From the NCBI GenBank assembly GCA_963827205.1, contig CAWHAH010000007.1, positions 66,979 to 130,978 on the forward strand: 64,000 bases of DNA. Reading direction: 5' to 3'. A model generated the notes under the pieces. It saw only the letters and a list, made by a program, of their open reading frames with translations, was not told where the DNA came from and did not search any database. The position numbers were made by a program, and so were the translations under genes. This document shows positions 29,298 to 39,059 of this stretch, one piece after another; position 1 is the first letter of the stretch, and each line of letters opens with the position of its first letter. Source of the stretch: an uncultured Verrucomicrobiae bacterium. GTDB taxonomy: Bacteria > Verrucomicrobiota > Verrucomicrobiia > Limisphaerales > UBA11358.

Positions 29298-31601
29298 TTA
29301 TCCGGCGATTGTTTGCTTTATCGGATTTTCCGCGCCCGTCGCCGGTCGGAAGCGTCGGAAGCAATAGAAAATCCCGCAACCCGCCAGCGTGACCAGCGAA
29401 ATAATGACGCCCAGATGGAACCGGCGGTCTTCGTAAACAAGTTTTACCTGGTGTGAGCCGGCGGGAACTTCCAGCGCCTGAAAAGCGTAATTGGCCCGCC
29501 AGAGCCGCGTCGGCCGGCCATCCACATACGCTTGCCAGGGATGATAATACGTTTGCGCCACCACCAACAAGGTTGGCGCCGCAGCCTCGACGCCGGCTTC
29601 GATTTGCTGCGCGGCGTATTTGACCGGTGACAGGTTTGCCGCAACAACGTTGCTCGCGGTGACGAGCGATTTTGCTGCCAGCGGCAGATAAACTTCCTGG
29701 CGCGGGTGGAAATCCGCGTTGGTGAGCATCTGCAGGGTGGTCAGGTCGTCGGCAAACCGCGGCTGTTGTCCGGCAGTGAGCAGCGGCAGGAACGTCGTGC
29801 GCGCCACCCAGTCGTAGCGATTGGTTTGCAGCATGAGGGTCTGCGACACGCCGAGAAAATCCAGGAACGGGCCGGCGGGCCGGCTGTCGTCGTAAAAATT
29901 GTAAAACAGCAGGGCGTAATCGCTCAGGTAGAGCGGGTAAAAACCGTCGCACTTGGGAATGCCGTCGAGCAGATTGCAATCAGAAGTAAGGGCAAACCGC
30001 CGGACCAGGTAGTCCGCCGTGACGTCGGGAAGGAACGAATGGATAAGCGCGTCACCCGCGACGGACGGAACCTCTGCGCGCGCCGCACCCAATTGCGGCG
30101 CGGACCAGTGGCGCGGAAGATCGGGTTTATAAACCGCGCGGTTGACGGTTGGCGGCATCGGCATTTGCCGGAACAGATCCAACCAGACCAGCAACAGGAA
30201 CAGCACCTGCCACCACCGGCGTGATTTGAACGTCGGAAGTCTGTTCATGAAAAACCAGATTGCGGCGATGGCCGTGAAGAAAACCGCGCGCATTGCACCG
30301 TTGACCAACACAATCCTTCGATCACCGTCCAGTGGCGAAGACCGCCACTGCCAGGCGGTGAGGCCGAGGATCAACGCGACGGTGGCAAACCAGATCCAAC
30401 CCCAGGCCCAGCCGACGGATTTGCCGCCGGCATCAGACGATTTTCCCGACAGGGCGCTGGCCGCCAGCAAGGGCAGCACAAAAACCACCAGGATTACAAA
30501 TTTGATCGGAAAACGCATCAGACTGATGGCGCTGACGTGTCCCGACAACCAGCCATAAACCGGCGTCGCCTCGCCCAGCGCTAGGACCAGGGCAAGCGAC
30601 GCGAGCGCTGCCAGTAGCCAGACCCGTCCACACCGCGCCCGCCACAGCGCGCCCAAGGCCAGCACCGCCGTGGCCGCGCCGGTGTAGTAGGAATTGGTCC
30701 AGAACTGGTTGTTCTGCATGAAAACGCCCTGATAGGAACGACAATGAAACAGCGGCACGAAGAAATTGGCCCAGCCGGTCGCCGGCATCGGCCACATCCC
30801 GGCGGAAATATCCTGCTGCCGCCGCGAATAATCCAGCAGGTCGAAGAATGGCAGCAATTGCGCGGCGGAGAGGCCGCTGATCAACAGCACGACCAGCCCG
30901 GCCCGCAGAACGATTTTGCCGCGCGGAAATTCGCCGTGGATGAGTTCCGCCAGGTGCAACACCCCGAGCAACACCCACGTCAGCAACACGGCCTCCGTCC
31001 CGCCGGAAAGCATTTGCAGTGCGCCAACACAGGCGGCCAGCGCGATGGTTCTTCCGCCCTCGCGCCAGGCGCGTTCGGTGAGCCACACCACCCACGGCAT
31101 CCAGCCCAAACCCGCAATCGTCGCCGGCCAGATGAGACTGTTGAGCATGAGTCCGTTGAAGGCAAAGACGATGCCGGCAAAGGCGGCGGCCAACCGGTTG
31201 TGCGTCCAGCGTTGCGCGAGGACAAACATTCCCAGACCGCCCCAAAACAAATGCAGCAGACAGAACACACCCAGCGACCAGGACAGCGGCAGCAGCAGGT
31301 AAAATAACGCCGGAGGATACAGGACCTGTGTGTTCCATTGCGCCAGAAACGGCGTGCCACAATTGTTCAGCGGATTCCACAATGGGATTTCACCGTGCCA
31401 GAAGCTTTCGCGGAAATGATATGCCGTCGGGTAGGAAAAAATGCCGAAATCCCGGTAAATGAACGTTTGAAATCCGAACCAGACCTGCGGGTACGACGCC
31501 AGCGTCAGCAACGCCAGCAACAAAGCAAACCGGCGCAGGGTCAGCCAATCGTCGCGGTCCGCGCCTTCTGTGCCTGTCACCGGGTTGCTGGAAATCGGCA
31601 T
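29298..31601 (-). CDS. YfhO-family integral membrane protein
   Basis: About 767 aa from the Met at 31601. It is polytopic. The N-terminal region FGFQTFIYRDFGIFSYPTAYHFRESFWHGEIPLWNPLNNCGTPFLAQW is typical of YfhO. Confidence 0.75.
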   Translation of the reverse strand: MPISSNPVTGTEGADRDDWLTLRRFALLLALLTLASYPQVWFGFQTFIYRDFGIFSYPTAYHFRESFWHGEIPLWNPLNNCGTPFLAQWNTQVLYPPALFYLLLPLSWSLGVFCLLHLFWGGLGMFVLAQRWTHNRLAAAFAGIVFAFNGLMLNSLIWPATIAGLGWMPWVVWLTERAWREGGRTIALAACVGALQMLSGGTEAVLLTWVLLGVLHLAELIHGEFPRGKIVLRAGLVVLLISGLSAAQLLPFFDLLDYSRRQQDISAGMWPMPATGWANFFVPLFHCRSYQGVFMQNNQFWTNSYYTGAATAVLALGALWRARCGRVWLLAALASLALVLALGEATPVYGWLSGHVSAISLMRFPIKFVILVVFVLPLLAASALSGKSSDAGGKSVGWAWGWIWFATVALILGLTAWQWRSSPLDGDRRIVLVNGAMRAVFFTAIAAIWFFMNRLPTFKSRRWWQVLFLLLVWLDLFRQMPMPPTVNRAVYKPDLPRHWSAPQLGAARAEVPSVAGDALIHSFLPDVTADYLVRRFALTSDCNLLDGIPKCDGFYPLYLSDYALLFYNFYDDSRPAGPFLDFLGVSQTLMLQTNRYDWVARTTFLPLLTAGQQPRFADDLTTLQMLTNADFHPRQEVYLPLAAKSLVTASNVVAANLSPVKYAAQQIEAGVEAAAPTLLVVAQTYYHPWQAYVDGRPTRLWRANYAFQALEVPAGSHQVKLVYEDRRFHLGVIISLVTLAGCGIFYCFRRFRPATGAENPIKQTIAG

Positions 31602-31709
31602 GGCCAACTTTATGCGGGAATGAACTTCCAGCCCAAGCCAAAAATCCGCGTGACCGCTTCCGACCACGGCAGCGGCTTCTACCGGCTCGAAACGCCGTGA
31701 AGATTATTT

Positions 31710-31770
31710 GTAGCAGCGGACGTGAGTCCGCTCCATCTTGCAATTTGAGCCGACTCACGTCGGCTGCTAC
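31710..31770. repeat. GTAGCAGC-type inverted repeat (two 24-nt arms, each with its own palindrome)
   Basis: The arms gtagcagcggacgtgagtccgctc and gagccgactcacgtcggctgctac are separated by 12 nt. The element lies immediately 3-prime of asd. Confidence 0.75.
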
Positions 31771-31775
31771 GGAAA

Positions 31776-32780
31776 TTATTTCATCAACTCTTCCGCGATT
31801 TGCACCGCATTAAGCGCCGCGCCTTTGAGCAGTTGATCGCCGCTCACCCAGAAACACAAACCGTTGTCGAGCGCGCAATCCTTGCGGATGCGGCCGACTT
31901 CGCAGTTGTATTTCTCCGAGGTGAACAGCGGCATCGGATATTTCTTGTTCTCCGGCTCGTCCACGAGATCGAGTCCGGGCGCTTTTTTCAAAACGGCGCG
32001 CGCGGCTTCCGCGCTCACCGGCTTTTCAAATTCCGCGCTCACGGCAATCGAATGTGAACGATAGACCGGCACGCGCACGCAAGTGACGCTCGCCTTGAAC
32101 GTCGGGTGATGCATGATTTTGCGGCCTTCGTTTTCCATTTTCATTTCCTCCTTCGTGTAGCCGGTCGGCAGAAAAACGTCCACCTGCGGCATCACGTTGA
32201 AGGCAATTTGATGCGGAAAAGCCTGCTTCGTCACCGGTTTGCCGGCGACGATTTCGCCCACCTGCCGTTTCAATTCTTCCATCGCTTTGGCACCAGCACC
32301 GCTGACGGCCTGGTAACTCGAAGCAAAAATGCGTTTACAGCCGAACGCGGCGTGTAACGGGTAGAGCGCCATAAGCGTGATGGCCGTCGTGCAATTCGGA
32401 TTGGCGATGATGTTCTTGTGCCATTTCACGTCGTCGGCGTTGATTTCGGGAATCACCAGCGGCACGTTGGCGTCCTGCCGGAACGCGCTGGAGTTGTCCA
32501 CCACCACGCAGCCGGCCTTGGCTGCGATGGGCGCGAATTCCTTCGAGATGCTGCCGCCGGCGCTGAACAGCGCGATGTCAATGCCGTTGAACGAATCCTT
32601 CGTCAGTTCCTTGACCGCGAGGTCGGTGCCGCGAAATTTGAGTTTTTTGCCGACCGAGCGCGCCGAAGCGAGCAGGGTCAGTTGGCCCGCCGGAAAATTC
32701 CTCTTTTCCAGCGTCTTGATCATTTCGATGCCGACGGCGCCGGTCGCGCCGACCACGGCCACGTGCGGATTTCGGTTCAT
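31776..32780 (-). CDS. asd: Aspartate-semialdehyde dehydrogenase
   Basis: 334 aa with VAVVGATGAVG, the active-site segment IIANPNCTT, and SGAG. Confidence 0.95.
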   Translation of the reverse strand: MNRNPHVAVVGATGAVGIEMIKTLEKRNFPAGQLTLLASARSVGKKLKFRGTDLAVKELTKDSFNGIDIALFSAGGSISKEFAPIAAKAGCVVVDNSSAFRQDANVPLVIPEINADDVKWHKNIIANPNCTTAITLMALYPLHAAFGCKRIFASSYQAVSGAGAKAMEELKRQVGEIVAGKPVTKQAFPHQIAFNVMPQVDVFLPTGYTKEEMKMENEGRKIMHHPTFKASVTCVRVPVYRSHSIAVSAEFEKPVSAEAARAVLKKAPGLDLVDEPENKKYPMPLFTSEKYNCEVGRIRKDCALDNGLCFWVSGDQLLKGAALNAVQIAEELMK

Positions 32781-32909
32781 AAAGGGAATGGATTATACCA
32801 GAAATTGCGCGCGCGTCAATCACACGTCGCCGGTTGTGCATAATTATTTTCGATTTCTCATTGACCCCAGCCGGCACTTCTGACGAGATGATAGGCCATA
32901 GTTGTTTGA

Positions 32910-35900
32910 ATGCCTAAAGTTGCAATCAGAAACGGGAACGGCTCGCGGGCGGGCACGACGAAGTACGACGCGCACCATAAGGTGCTGTCGCAAACCTACG
33001 GCGCGTTCGCCGACCTGCGCCGCGAACTCTCCGACTCGAAGGAAACCGTCGGCGGGCGCGAAGACATTTTGAAAAGCTTCGCGATCTGTCCGGATTCGCA
33101 GCGTTCCTGGCTGTTGCTGGAGGATTATTTTGAAAAGTTGTCGCTCTCGCGCCGCGATTTTCCCGACACGAACTGGTGGCCGCGCCTGCTGAACATCCAG
33201 GGCAAGGCGCGGCTCGAGGAACTGGCGTTTCTCTTTCTTCGCGCCAAACGTCCCGTGCCGCCGGAATTGCAGCCGTACGCCAGCCCCGACCGTTTTGCCC
33301 GGGCCGAGGAGGCCGAGCAGGAGCAAAACCTCATCCGCGAGCTTGAAAACTGGCTGTCGCCGCCCGCCCTGCCGCTGCTCGAAACGCCCCGCGCCACGCT
33401 CCGGGTCGTCTGCCGGCCACAGCCGGACCAGGAGGAGCCGTCGCGGTATCGCCTTGCCGTGCAGTTCCTCCTGCTGCGTCCGCGCACGGGCGAAAAGGCG
33501 CGTCCGCTGCGCGACCTGATTGATCTGGTCGTCCGCGCCACGCACGAGCAGGAGCTTTTTCCACCCGCCGACTGGGAATTCATCCAATGGATTGCCGACA
33601 CCTATCGCCATCATCCCGACGGCGCGGACACGCTGGTTTTGTCCGACGCCGAATTGCTGCAATGGCTCACGCGCTGGGGCCACACGCCGCGCCTCGAATG
33701 CGACGGCCGGCCGCTCCGGTTTCAGGGACAAATCGCCGTGCTCACGCCGTATCTCGACAACGGCGACAAGGAACTTTCGTTCACACACCAGATTGAACTG
33801 CCCGGCGGCAAAAATCATTCCATCGCCGACGTAAAATTTTTCAACCGCCAGTCGCCGCTCGTGCTCCTCGACAACACCTTTTACCTGGTGCGCAATGCGC
33901 CGCCGCCCAGGGTGCTGAAATATCTGGCCCGGATGCCGTCGGTGCCCGTGCGCAAGCTCAGTCATCGCCTGCTGCTGCACCTGCGCAAAACGCAGTCCAG
34001 CCACGGCGTGGACTGGGAGCGGCTGTGCGTGGCGCATCCGGCCAAACCGCAGTTCATCTTTGAGCTGCTCGACGACACAGTGCGGTTGCGTTTGCTCGCC
34101 CGGAGTCAGCGCGATCAAAGCGTCTGGTCCTGGAACGGCCATGAATGGCAGCGCAACAGCACGGGCGTCCCGCCGGTTCGTCCCGACAAGACCCGGCCGG
34201 AAACCCACGGGCAGGATGCCCGCGCCACCAAACCGGAAATTCTCGACGACCCGCGCCTCGAACCGGCGATGCAATGGCTGCAAAAACTGGATTGGTTCAT
34301 GCAGGAACCGGGATTGTGGGTCGGTGACGCGAACGAAAATTTCCTCGGCGCGCTGGCCGGCGCATGGGCCGAACGCCCGGGCGAAGCGGAATTTCTCGGC
34401 AACCCGGCGTTTCACCGCTTGTTCCTGCAACCGCGCCAGCTCAAGCCGCGGCTCATCGTCAAAGGCAGCGGCATTGACTGGCTGGCCGTTTCCGCCGAAT
34501 GGGAGGCGGAAGGACTCAAACTTTCCAAAGCCGACCTCGAGCGGCTCGCTGCGGCCACCAGCCGCTTCGTCAAGCTGCCGAATTCCGGCTGGGTGGAATT
34601 GGACACCGCCGCCGTGCAGGGCGCGCACGAGGCGATGGCCGAGATGGGCGTGGACGGCCTCATCGCCGTGCCGCAAAAGGTCGGCCTGGAGCACGTCGCG
34701 CATCTGGACGAAAGCGAGTTAAAGCGGTTCGCCGATTCCCCGGAAGCCAAGGCCTTGCGCGAGCGTGTCCGCGATTTCAAAGGCGTTCCGTCCGTGGACC
34801 TGCCCAAAAACTTGCAGGCCGAACTGCGGCCGTATCAAAAAGACGGCTACGACTTTCTCTGCCACCTCACGCAAATCAAGCTGGGCGGCATTCTCGCCGA
34901 CGACATGGGCCTGGGCAAAACGCTGCAGGCGTTGGCCTGGCTGGCGTGGCTCAAGGAGCGCCACACGAAAAATCCCAAGCCGTCGCTGGTCATCTGTCCG
35001 GCTTCCGTGCTGCACAACTGGCAGCGTGAGGCCAACCGGTTTACGCCCAATTTGAAGGTGCTCGTGCTTGAAAGCGGCGCGGCGCGGCACAATTTGCGCA
35101 AACAGATTCCGCAGCACGATTTGATTGTAACGAATTACGCGCTGCTGCGGCGCGATCTGGAGGAACTGCAAAAATTCGCGTTCCGCGCGGCGATTTTGGA
35201 CGAGGCGCAGTTCATCAAAAATCCCGGCGCGCAGGTCACGCAATCGGTCAAGCAGCTCAAATCCGAGCATCGCCTCGCGCTCACCGGCACGCCGCTCGAA
35301 AACCGGCTGCTGGATTTGTGGAGCATTGTGGATTTCATCCAGCCAAACTACCTCGGCAATCAGGAACAATTCGCCGAAACCTACGAACCGCGCGCCCAGG
35401 TTGCCGACGAAACCACACCGGTGGAACCGCCCGCGCGCGGCGAAAAGACCGAATCCGTCCAGCGCATCGCGCGCAAACGGCTCTCGGCCCGGCTGCGCCC
35501 GTTGCTGCTGCGCCGCTTGAAGAAACACGTCGCCAAGGATTTGCCCGACCGCATCGAACAGCGGCGCGATTGTCCGCTCGGCGACGAGCAACGAAAACTG
35601 TACCTGGCCGAGTTGCGCCGCAGCCGCGACCAGATCATGACCGCCGTCAAGGAGCAGGGCCTCAACAAGAGCAAGATGCACGTGCTGGCCGCGCTCACGC
35701 GGTTGCGCCAGGTCTGCTGCCACCCGCGGCTCGTCGGTAGCGACACCGCATCGGGCAAAACCGAGACGCTCTTCGAGTTGCTCGACCCGCTGATTGCGGA
35801 AGGCCAGAAAGTTCTGGTCTTCAGCCAGTTCGTGCAAATGTTGAATCTGCTCGAAAAGGAATGCCGCGAGCGGCAAATCACCACGCACGTGCTCACCGGC

Positions 35901-36260
35901 CAGACGAAAGACCGGCAGCAGGTCGTCAGCGCGTTCCAAAGCGACACAACGCCCGGCGTGTTTCTGTTGAGCCTGCGCGCGGCGGGCACGGGTTTGAACC
36001 TGACCAACGCCAGCTACGTGGTGCTGTACGACCCGTGGTGGAACCCGGCGGTGGAGGCGCAGGCCATTGACCGTTCGCATCGCATCGGCCAGACGCAGAC
36101 CGTGAACGCCTACCGGCTGATTGCGCCGGGGACGGTCGAGGAAAAAATCTGGGAATTGCAGCAGAGCAAGGCGCAGACGATTGCCGACGTGCTGGGCGAG
36201 GAAGGTTTTGCCCGCAGCCTCACGACAACGGATTTGGAATATCTGTTCGCGGAAGACTGA
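32910..36260 (+). CDS. SNF2-family helicase with a long N-terminal region
   Basis: 1116 aa. Helicase motifs are LADDMGLGKTLQ (I), DEAQFIKN (II), ALTGTPLENRL (III), LLSLRAAGTGLNLT (V) and QAIDRSHRIGQ (VI). Confidence 0.9.
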   Translation: MPKVAIRNGNGSRAGTTKYDAHHKVLSQTYGAFADLRRELSDSKETVGGREDILKSFAICPDSQRSWLLLEDYFEKLSLSRRDFPDTNWWPRLLNIQGKARLEELAFLFLRAKRPVPPELQPYASPDRFARAEEAEQEQNLIRELENWLSPPALPLLETPRATLRVVCRPQPDQEEPSRYRLAVQFLLLRPRTGEKARPLRDLIDLVVRATHEQELFPPADWEFIQWIADTYRHHPDGADTLVLSDAELLQWLTRWGHTPRLECDGRPLRFQGQIAVLTPYLDNGDKELSFTHQIELPGGKNHSIADVKFFNRQSPLVLLDNTFYLVRNAPPPRVLKYLARMPSVPVRKLSHRLLLHLRKTQSSHGVDWERLCVAHPAKPQFIFELLDDTVRLRLLARSQRDQSVWSWNGHEWQRNSTGVPPVRPDKTRPETHGQDARATKPEILDDPRLEPAMQWLQKLDWFMQEPGLWVGDANENFLGALAGAWAERPGEAEFLGNPAFHRLFLQPRQLKPRLIVKGSGIDWLAVSAEWEAEGLKLSKADLERLAAATSRFVKLPNSGWVELDTAAVQGAHEAMAEMGVDGLIAVPQKVGLEHVAHLDESELKRFADSPEAKALRERVRDFKGVPSVDLPKNLQAELRPYQKDGYDFLCHLTQIKLGGILADDMGLGKTLQALAWLAWLKERHTKNPKPSLVICPASVLHNWQREANRFTPNLKVLVLESGAARHNLRKQIPQHDLIVTNYALLRRDLEELQKFAFRAAILDEAQFIKNPGAQVTQSVKQLKSEHRLALTGTPLENRLLDLWSIVDFIQPNYLGNQEQFAETYEPRAQVADETTPVEPPARGEKTESVQRIARKRLSARLRPLLLRRLKKHVAKDLPDRIEQRRDCPLGDEQRKLYLAELRRSRDQIMTAVKEQGLNKSKMHVLAALTRLRQVCCHPRLVGSDTASGKTETLFELLDPLIAEGQKVLVFSQFVQMLNLLEKECRERQITTHVLTGQTKDRQQVVSAFQSDTTPGVFLLSLRAAGTGLNLTNASYVVLYDPWWNPAVEAQAIDRSHRIGQTQTVNAYRLIAPGTVEEKIWELQQSKAQTIADVLGEEGFARSLTTTDLEYLFAED

Positions 36261-36365
36261 GCCAAATTGTTGAACCACGGATGGACGTGGATGAACCTAA
36301 CGCGGCTTTCGCCGCAACCACAACGATGAGCAGACAGGCCGCCGCCAGTGCGATAGAACATTGGT

Positions 36366-37967
36366 GTGAAAATCAAAGTCACTACCAAAACCAGCGACGC
36401 CCCGTCGCCCTTTGTAACCCAACACGCTGCCGATGTCATCGGCGTTCTTTCCGGCTTTGACCGACTGCGTCTCATGGCCACCTTGCGCCCACTGTATCAG
36501 CCCAGCCTCATGATGAGGTATCTGAGCCGCACTGGCATCCTGCTTAAGCATTTCGCCACCTTTGCTGCCGGTTGGACCGAGCGGGTGCGTGCTGCCGCCC
36601 ATCAACTGGCGGAGCAATCGGGCCGCCCACTGACCTGCCTGCATGGCAGTTCCCAGCGCAAGGAACTGTTGGCGCGCGCGTTGGCGCGCCGCGACGGTCT
36701 GAGCAGCGGACTCATCGGTATTTGGAGCGTGGTCGAACCTTGCTTGACTTATTTCGTGCGGCGGGATCGGGCACAAAAGCAACTGGTGCTGCGCCTGGAA
36801 CCGGGCAAGTGTCTGCACTATTACTTCTATTTTCTGCACGAACAACTGGGCCTGTCGCACCTGCGTCTGCAAACCTGGTTTCCCTTTGCCCTCCACGCCT
36901 GTATCAACGGCCGCCATTGGCTGGCCAGCCAACTCGACCAGGCGGGCATCGGTTACGTGCAGCGAGAGAACTGTTTCACTTGGATTGAAGACGTGGCCAA
37001 AGCCCAAGCTTTGGCCCGTGCTCAACTCCAAAGTCGCTGGCCGACTCTGCTGCAACCCTTGGTGGAGCAGTGCCATCCTCACGCGGCAGAGCTTTGCCAA
37101 CCGCTGGCCCTGACCTACTACTGGAGCGTGACCGAAAGCGAATACGCCACCGACGTGATGTTCAAAAGCCCCGCCACGCTGGCCCGGCTCTATCCGGCGC
37201 TGATCCAGCAAGGCATCCGGCACTTCGGCAGCACCGACGTGTTGCGCTTTCTGGGCCACAAGACCCAAGCCAACGGACGGGTGCATGGCAATCATCAAGG
37301 CGAAGTGTTGAGCAGCCTCAAGCATCGGCCCGAAGGGTTGCGCCTCAAACACCAAGCCGGCGGCAACTCGATCAAACTCTACGACAAACAAGGCAGCGTG
37401 CTGCGCGTCGAAACCACGCTCAATCAGCCCCATCAATTTCGCGTCTTTCGTGCCAGTGAGCGTGACCCCGAAGGCAAAAAACGTTGGCAAGTGTTGCGCA
37501 AGAGCATCGGCGACCTGCACCGGCGGGCTGAAATCTGCGAAGCGATCAACGGCCGCTACTTGGAAGCCCTGGCTAGCGTTCGGGCCGGACAGAGCGCGGG
37601 CGAAGTGGCGCGAACGGTGTGCCAGCCGGTGGAGAAGGCCGGGCGGCGACATCGCGCGCTCAACCCGTGGTCGGAGCCGGACGCAGCGCTGTTGGAGGTC
37701 CTCAGCCGGGGCGAATGGACGGTGAGTGGTTTTCGCAACCGGGACGTGCGAGCAGCGTTGTATCCAGGCCAGGCCGATGCGACTGAGGCCCATCGCCAAA
37801 GCGGACGAGTTACGCGGGCGCTGGCACGTCTGCGGGCACACGGGATTATCAAAAAAGTCAGCGGCAGCTACCGGTACCAACTCACCCGACAGGGTCGGCA
37901 GATCGTGACCGCGCTCTTGGCTGCGCGCCAAGCAGATGTGGAAAAACTGATGGCTTTGGCCGCCTAA
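36366..37967 (+). CDS. Large hypothetical protein with a C-terminal winged-helix-like segment
   Basis: 533-aa ORF with a GTG start and non-biased composition. The C-terminus VTRALARLRAHGIIKKVSGSYRYQLTRQGRQIVTALL resembles a MarR-type wHTH. The antisense 591-aa ORF is Arg/Ala/Pro-biased and is treated as a shadow ORF. Confidence 0.7.
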   Translation: MKIKVTTKTSDAPSPFVTQHAADVIGVLSGFDRLRLMATLRPLYQPSLMMRYLSRTGILLKHFATFAAGWTERVRAAAHQLAEQSGRPLTCLHGSSQRKELLARALARRDGLSSGLIGIWSVVEPCLTYFVRRDRAQKQLVLRLEPGKCLHYYFYFLHEQLGLSHLRLQTWFPFALHACINGRHWLASQLDQAGIGYVQRENCFTWIEDVAKAQALARAQLQSRWPTLLQPLVEQCHPHAAELCQPLALTYYWSVTESEYATDVMFKSPATLARLYPALIQQGIRHFGSTDVLRFLGHKTQANGRVHGNHQGEVLSSLKHRPEGLRLKHQAGGNSIKLYDKQGSVLRVETTLNQPHQFRVFRASERDPEGKKRWQVLRKSIGDLHRRAEICEAINGRYLEALASVRAGQSAGEVARTVCQPVEKAGRRHRALNPWSEPDAALLEVLSRGEWTVSGFRNRDVRAALYPGQADATEAHRQSGRVTRALARLRAHGIIKKVSGSYRYQLTRQGRQIVTALLAARQADVEKLMALAA

Positions 37968-38169
37968 ACTCTTTGTCAAAAATGCGTGAACTTTCGTCAT
38001 TGTATTACAGATTTCCTTGACGCGAATTTTCTGCAAGCCCGTCAGGGCTGGCATCTTTGTAGAATATCGCAATTAAAAAAATCTCAAGCTGCGTAGCAGC
38101 GACATTATCGGAAGATGCCGCTCCTGACGGAGCTTGATTTGATCTTGGATTGGGTTCTACAAAGATGTC

Positions 38170-38445
38170 GCGCCCACGGCGCTGGGGAGTGCGGCAACAT
38201 GTTGCGGCTTTCTTTGACGCGATCCCGCCTCGGCGGGACGTTGAACCAACTGGTCTCGCCGGAATCTGATGAAGGCGGAAGCGCGGACGTGCCTGCCCGC
38301 CAAAGTGAAACGACGGCGGGTCCGCGCACTCCAAATCCGCATTCCGCATTCCGCATGGGCAACTTGTCGCGCCGAAATCAAATGCAGGCGGACGGGAACT
38401 CTTTTCCTGAATTCATTTTGGGATGGACGACGGGGGGCAAGGAGC
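38170..38445. repeat. Mosaic intergenic repeat, copy 1
   Basis: It shares blocks with 39060-39430 and 43000-43185: gagtgcggcaacatgttgcgg, gacgcga...gaaccaactggtc.cgccgga, gcactcc.aa.tccgcatgggcaact and atgcaggcggac. It also has the terminal block ttcc.g.attcattttgggatggacga..gggg just upstream of the next gene. Confidence 0.7.
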
Positions 38446-38478
38446 GTTTGAATGTCTCCACTGCATGAAGGTGAAACC

Positions 38479-38829
38479 ATGAAGCTGCCATTCGCCGACG
38501 AAGCCGATGTTCCACAGGCAAAGATCGTGCTTTATTTGTTGAACCCGGAGCATCGGCGAGGCAAAGGCAAAGCGCGTTTCTTTGCGAGCCGAGGATTCAG
38601 CACGAACAACTGGCAGGTAATGGCTGCTGCGTTGCGGCAACATGCCGCCGAAAATGAAATCGCCAGGGAGGAAACCACGCCACTTGGGGTTCGCCTGGTC
38701 GTGGAAGGCGCGATGGCCATGCCCAACGGCACAGTTGCCGAAATCCGTTCAATATGGTTTATTGAGCATGGCGAACGGACGCCGCGGTTTGTAACCGCTT
38801 ATCCGCTGAAAAAGAAAGAAACTGTATGA
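38479..38829 (+). CDS. DUF6883-like protein (first gene of a two-gene module)
   Basis: MKLPFADEADVPQAKIVLYLLNPEHRRGKGKARFFASRGF resembles the DUF6883 N-terminal signature (YLL..H..G..KA.FF...GF). The stop overlaps the next start (ATGA). The table start at 38452 is an alternative. Confidence 0.6.
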   Translation: MKLPFADEADVPQAKIVLYLLNPEHRRGKGKARFFASRGFSTNNWQVMAAALRQHAAENEIAREETTPLGVRLVVEGAMAMPNGTVAEIRSIWFIEHGERTPRFVTAYPLKKKETV

Positions 38830-39056
38830 TCAGAGAATTGGACGACGTGATACTGGCGTGCGACCTGCCCGAACACGGTTTGAATGCTGGCGACATTGGC
38901 ACGGTGGTGCTGGTGCATCGCAAAGCGGCGGGTTACGAAGTCGAATTCACCTCTCTGGACGGCGAGACGATTGCGGTCGTCACGCTGTTGCCCCATCAGC
39001 TTCGGCCGGTCCACCCAGGCGCAATCGCCCACGCGCGCGAGCTGGTCGTGCGCTGA
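38826..39056 (+). CDS. DUF4926-domain protein
   Basis: 76 aa. MIRELDDVILACDLPEHGLNAGDIGTVVLVH...YEVEFTSLDGETIAVVTLLPHQLRPV matches the DUF4926 pattern. Confidence 0.75.
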   Translation: MIRELDDVILACDLPEHGLNAGDIGTVVLVHRKAAGYEVEFTSLDGETIAVVTLLPHQLRPVHPGAIAHARELVVR

Positions 39057-39059
39057 TCC

